Shown piece by piece: positions 45,675 to 47,054 of a DNA stretch of 47,054 nt. This DNA is from Clostridia bacterium. GTDB taxonomy: Bacteria; Bacillota; Clostridia; Christensenellales; CAG-138. Position numbers and translations under genes: made by a program. The notes under the pieces were generated by a model that was given only the letters and a program-made list of their open reading frames with translations, made no database searches and was not told where the DNA came from. Numbering within the stretch: position 1 is the first letter of the stretch; the number at the start of each line of letters is the position of its first letter. The stretch is taken from positions 1-47,054 of the forward strand of contig JAFSHG010000074.1 in assembly GCA_017440405.1 (NCBI GenBank). Reading direction: 5' to 3'.

Positions 45675-47054
45675 TTACATTTGTGATGAGGAAAAGTAAT
45701 CGAGTTTTCCGTTTTTGGTATATGGAAGTGCATCAACAAAAACGACCTCTTTCGGTATCATATGCTGATCAAGGTTCTTTTGAAAAAATTTTTGCAGCCG
45801 ATCCCGTGCATACTTTTTGCTCACATTTTCACGAAGAACAATCAATGCTCTTGCACACATACCGTGGGTATGGTCTTTATCACGGATATTTACTATCATG
45901 CAACGCTCAACAATGGGAGAGGTTGAAATGACTTGCTCAATAGAATACGGCGATATTTTTGTTCCATCATAGCGAACATACATTCTCTTAATTCTTTCAC
46001 AGAAAAAGAGAAATCCTTCTTCGTTTATATATCCCAAATCTCCGCTATGAAGCCAAATTCTACCGTCATCGTGTTTTTTTAAAAGTGATTTAGTCATTGC
46101 TTCATCGTTAAAATATCCGTTGCAAACGGTTGGGCCGCAAATACAAATTTCGCCCTTTTCATTAGGCAGGAGAGGTTTTAATGTGTCTTTATCAAATATA
46201 CCGATCAAAGTATTTTTCAAAGGACGCCCGACACTTCCTTTAAGTGAACCGTTTATTAAGACGGTAGCAGTTGACGTGGTTTCCGAAAGACCATATCCAA
46301 ATGCAATAAAAGCATTGCTTCCGCAAGCTTTAAGAATATTATAAAGTCTATGCTCATATTCAGGGTGCATTGAATCCCCTCCGACTATAATGGTTTTCAA
46401 AAAGGAAAGATCACAATTATTAAACTTCTCCTTTATGAAAAATTCCCAATGAGCAGGAACGGTGAACAAATAATTAGGTTTTTCATTTAACAACACTTTT
46501 TTGAGTTTTTTGGTGTTTACAAGCGGTATAAGGTTTACACGTACTCCGGAAATCAACGGAAGATGCACGGCAATCGTTACACTGTAACAAGTAAAAAGAG
46601 GCATTATATTCAATATTGAATTTCCGCTTTTTATCTCCGGATTCGCAGCTTTCTGTTGGATGGCAGCAGCATTTATATTCTCATTTGTTAATATAATACT
46701 TTTTCTACCATAGGTCGTTCCGCTTGTATAAAAAAAGCCAAAGACGTTGTCAGAACTCTTTTCAGGTGGTAAGTTTTCGCCATATGAAGCGCCTTTTATA
46801 AATTCGTCGTACGAAACAAAATTCTTATGAGAGATATATAGACGAGTTCTTCCCGTAAAAAGGTTTGCGACATGAGAAGTTATTTTTACAAATCCACCCA
46901 AGGAATGGATGGGGCTCAGATGCACAATCGTACAATCGCAAACCCCTTTTAATTCTTTAATTTGAAAATCAGGAACAATGCAAATCTTAGGTTTGAATGT
47001 TCTAAGGGTTTCTCTTATTTCTTCACTTTTAGATCGACAGTCAAAGGCACAGTA
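45675..47054 (-). CDS. Adenylate-forming (AMP-binding) enzyme, 5' end beyond the window; AT-rich, divergent P-loop
   Basis: The frame stays open to the window edge (..YCAFDCRSKSEEIRETLRTFKPKICIVPDF..), so the track GTG start at 46925 is not the real start. Motifs YTSGTTYGRKS (A3 variant), GYGLSETT, HSGDLG, RIKRMYVRYDGTKISPYSIE and LPYTKNGK. Confidence 0.82.
   Translation of the reverse strand, partial: YCAFDCRSKSEEIRETLRTFKPKICIVPDFQIKELKGVCDCTIVHLSPIHSLGGFVKITSHVANLFTGRTRLYISHKNFVSYDEFIKGASYGENLPPEKSSDNVFGFFYTSGTTYGRKSIILTNENINAAAIQQKAANPEIKSGNSILNIMPLFTCYSVTIAVHLPLISGVRVNLIPLVNTKKLKKVLLNEKPNYLFTVPAHWEFFIKEKFNNCDLSFLKTIIVGGDSMHPEYEHRLYNILKACGSNAFIAFGYGLSETTSTATVLINGSLKGSVGRPLKNTLIGIFDKDTLKPLLPNEKGEICICGPTVCNGYFNDEAMTKSLLKKHDDGRIWLHSGDLGYINEEGFLFFCERIKRMYVRYDGTKISPYSIEQVISTSPIVERCMIVNIRDKDHTHGMCARALIVLRENVSKKYARDRLQKFFQKNLDQHMIPKEVVFVDALPYTKNGKLDYFSSSQM

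Overview
This 47-kb window is chromosomal DNA that looks like a spore-forming Clostridia-class Firmicute. The evidence for that is spoIIID, a SCIFF peptide/maturase pair, the oxidative ornithine fermentation cluster, and Firmicute-style RBSs and intrinsic terminators. I call about 41 protein genes, almost all core housekeeping. On the minus strand: dtd, relA, apt, recJ, scfB/scfA. On the plus strand: an M19 dipeptidase, recA, and spoIIID followed by a GH13 enzyme, a Zn-ribbon protein and an FkbM methyltransferase. Then a PG-binding NlpC/P60 hydrolase, a nitroreductase, an acyl-AMP ligase with an E2-like acyltransferase, and an ECF sigma factor with a beta-propeller membrane protein. Further on: ispDF, rqcP, a PrsA-like lipoprotein, a small lower-GC islet (TfoX, VOC, RHH, a duplicated lipoprotein), obg, nth carrying an in-frame TAA, and a nucleotidyltransferase. 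The last stretch holds ord-ortA-ortB-oraS-oraE, murC, an Ig-like surface protein, ilvE, an orphan ParB/Noc-like protein, a P-type Ca-ATPase, and an AT-rich adenylate-forming enzyme gene cut by the right edge. I found no tRNA or rRNA gene, CRISPR array, transposase, integrase, phage gene or recognisable defence gene. The left edge does carry what looks like an rRNA-operon promoter and leader. All family assignments come from motif recognition by eye; no searches were run. I cannot defend a clear-cut new system here. My best candidates for a second look are: (1) the translationally coupled acyl-AMP ligase plus a stand-alone E2/CAT-fold protein whose catalytic His is replaced (DHR to DER); (2) the SCIFF ranthipeptide pair joined directly to the recJ-apt-relA-dtd operon, with an attenuator after the precursor gene; (3) the 26.1-28.4 kb islet, with a 14-nt cassette-like junction repeat and a 2 x 273 bp in-gene duplication; (4) nth, otherwise intact but interrupted by a single in-frame TAA; (5) a 310-bp non-coding tract after oraE with a 20-bp stem-loop.
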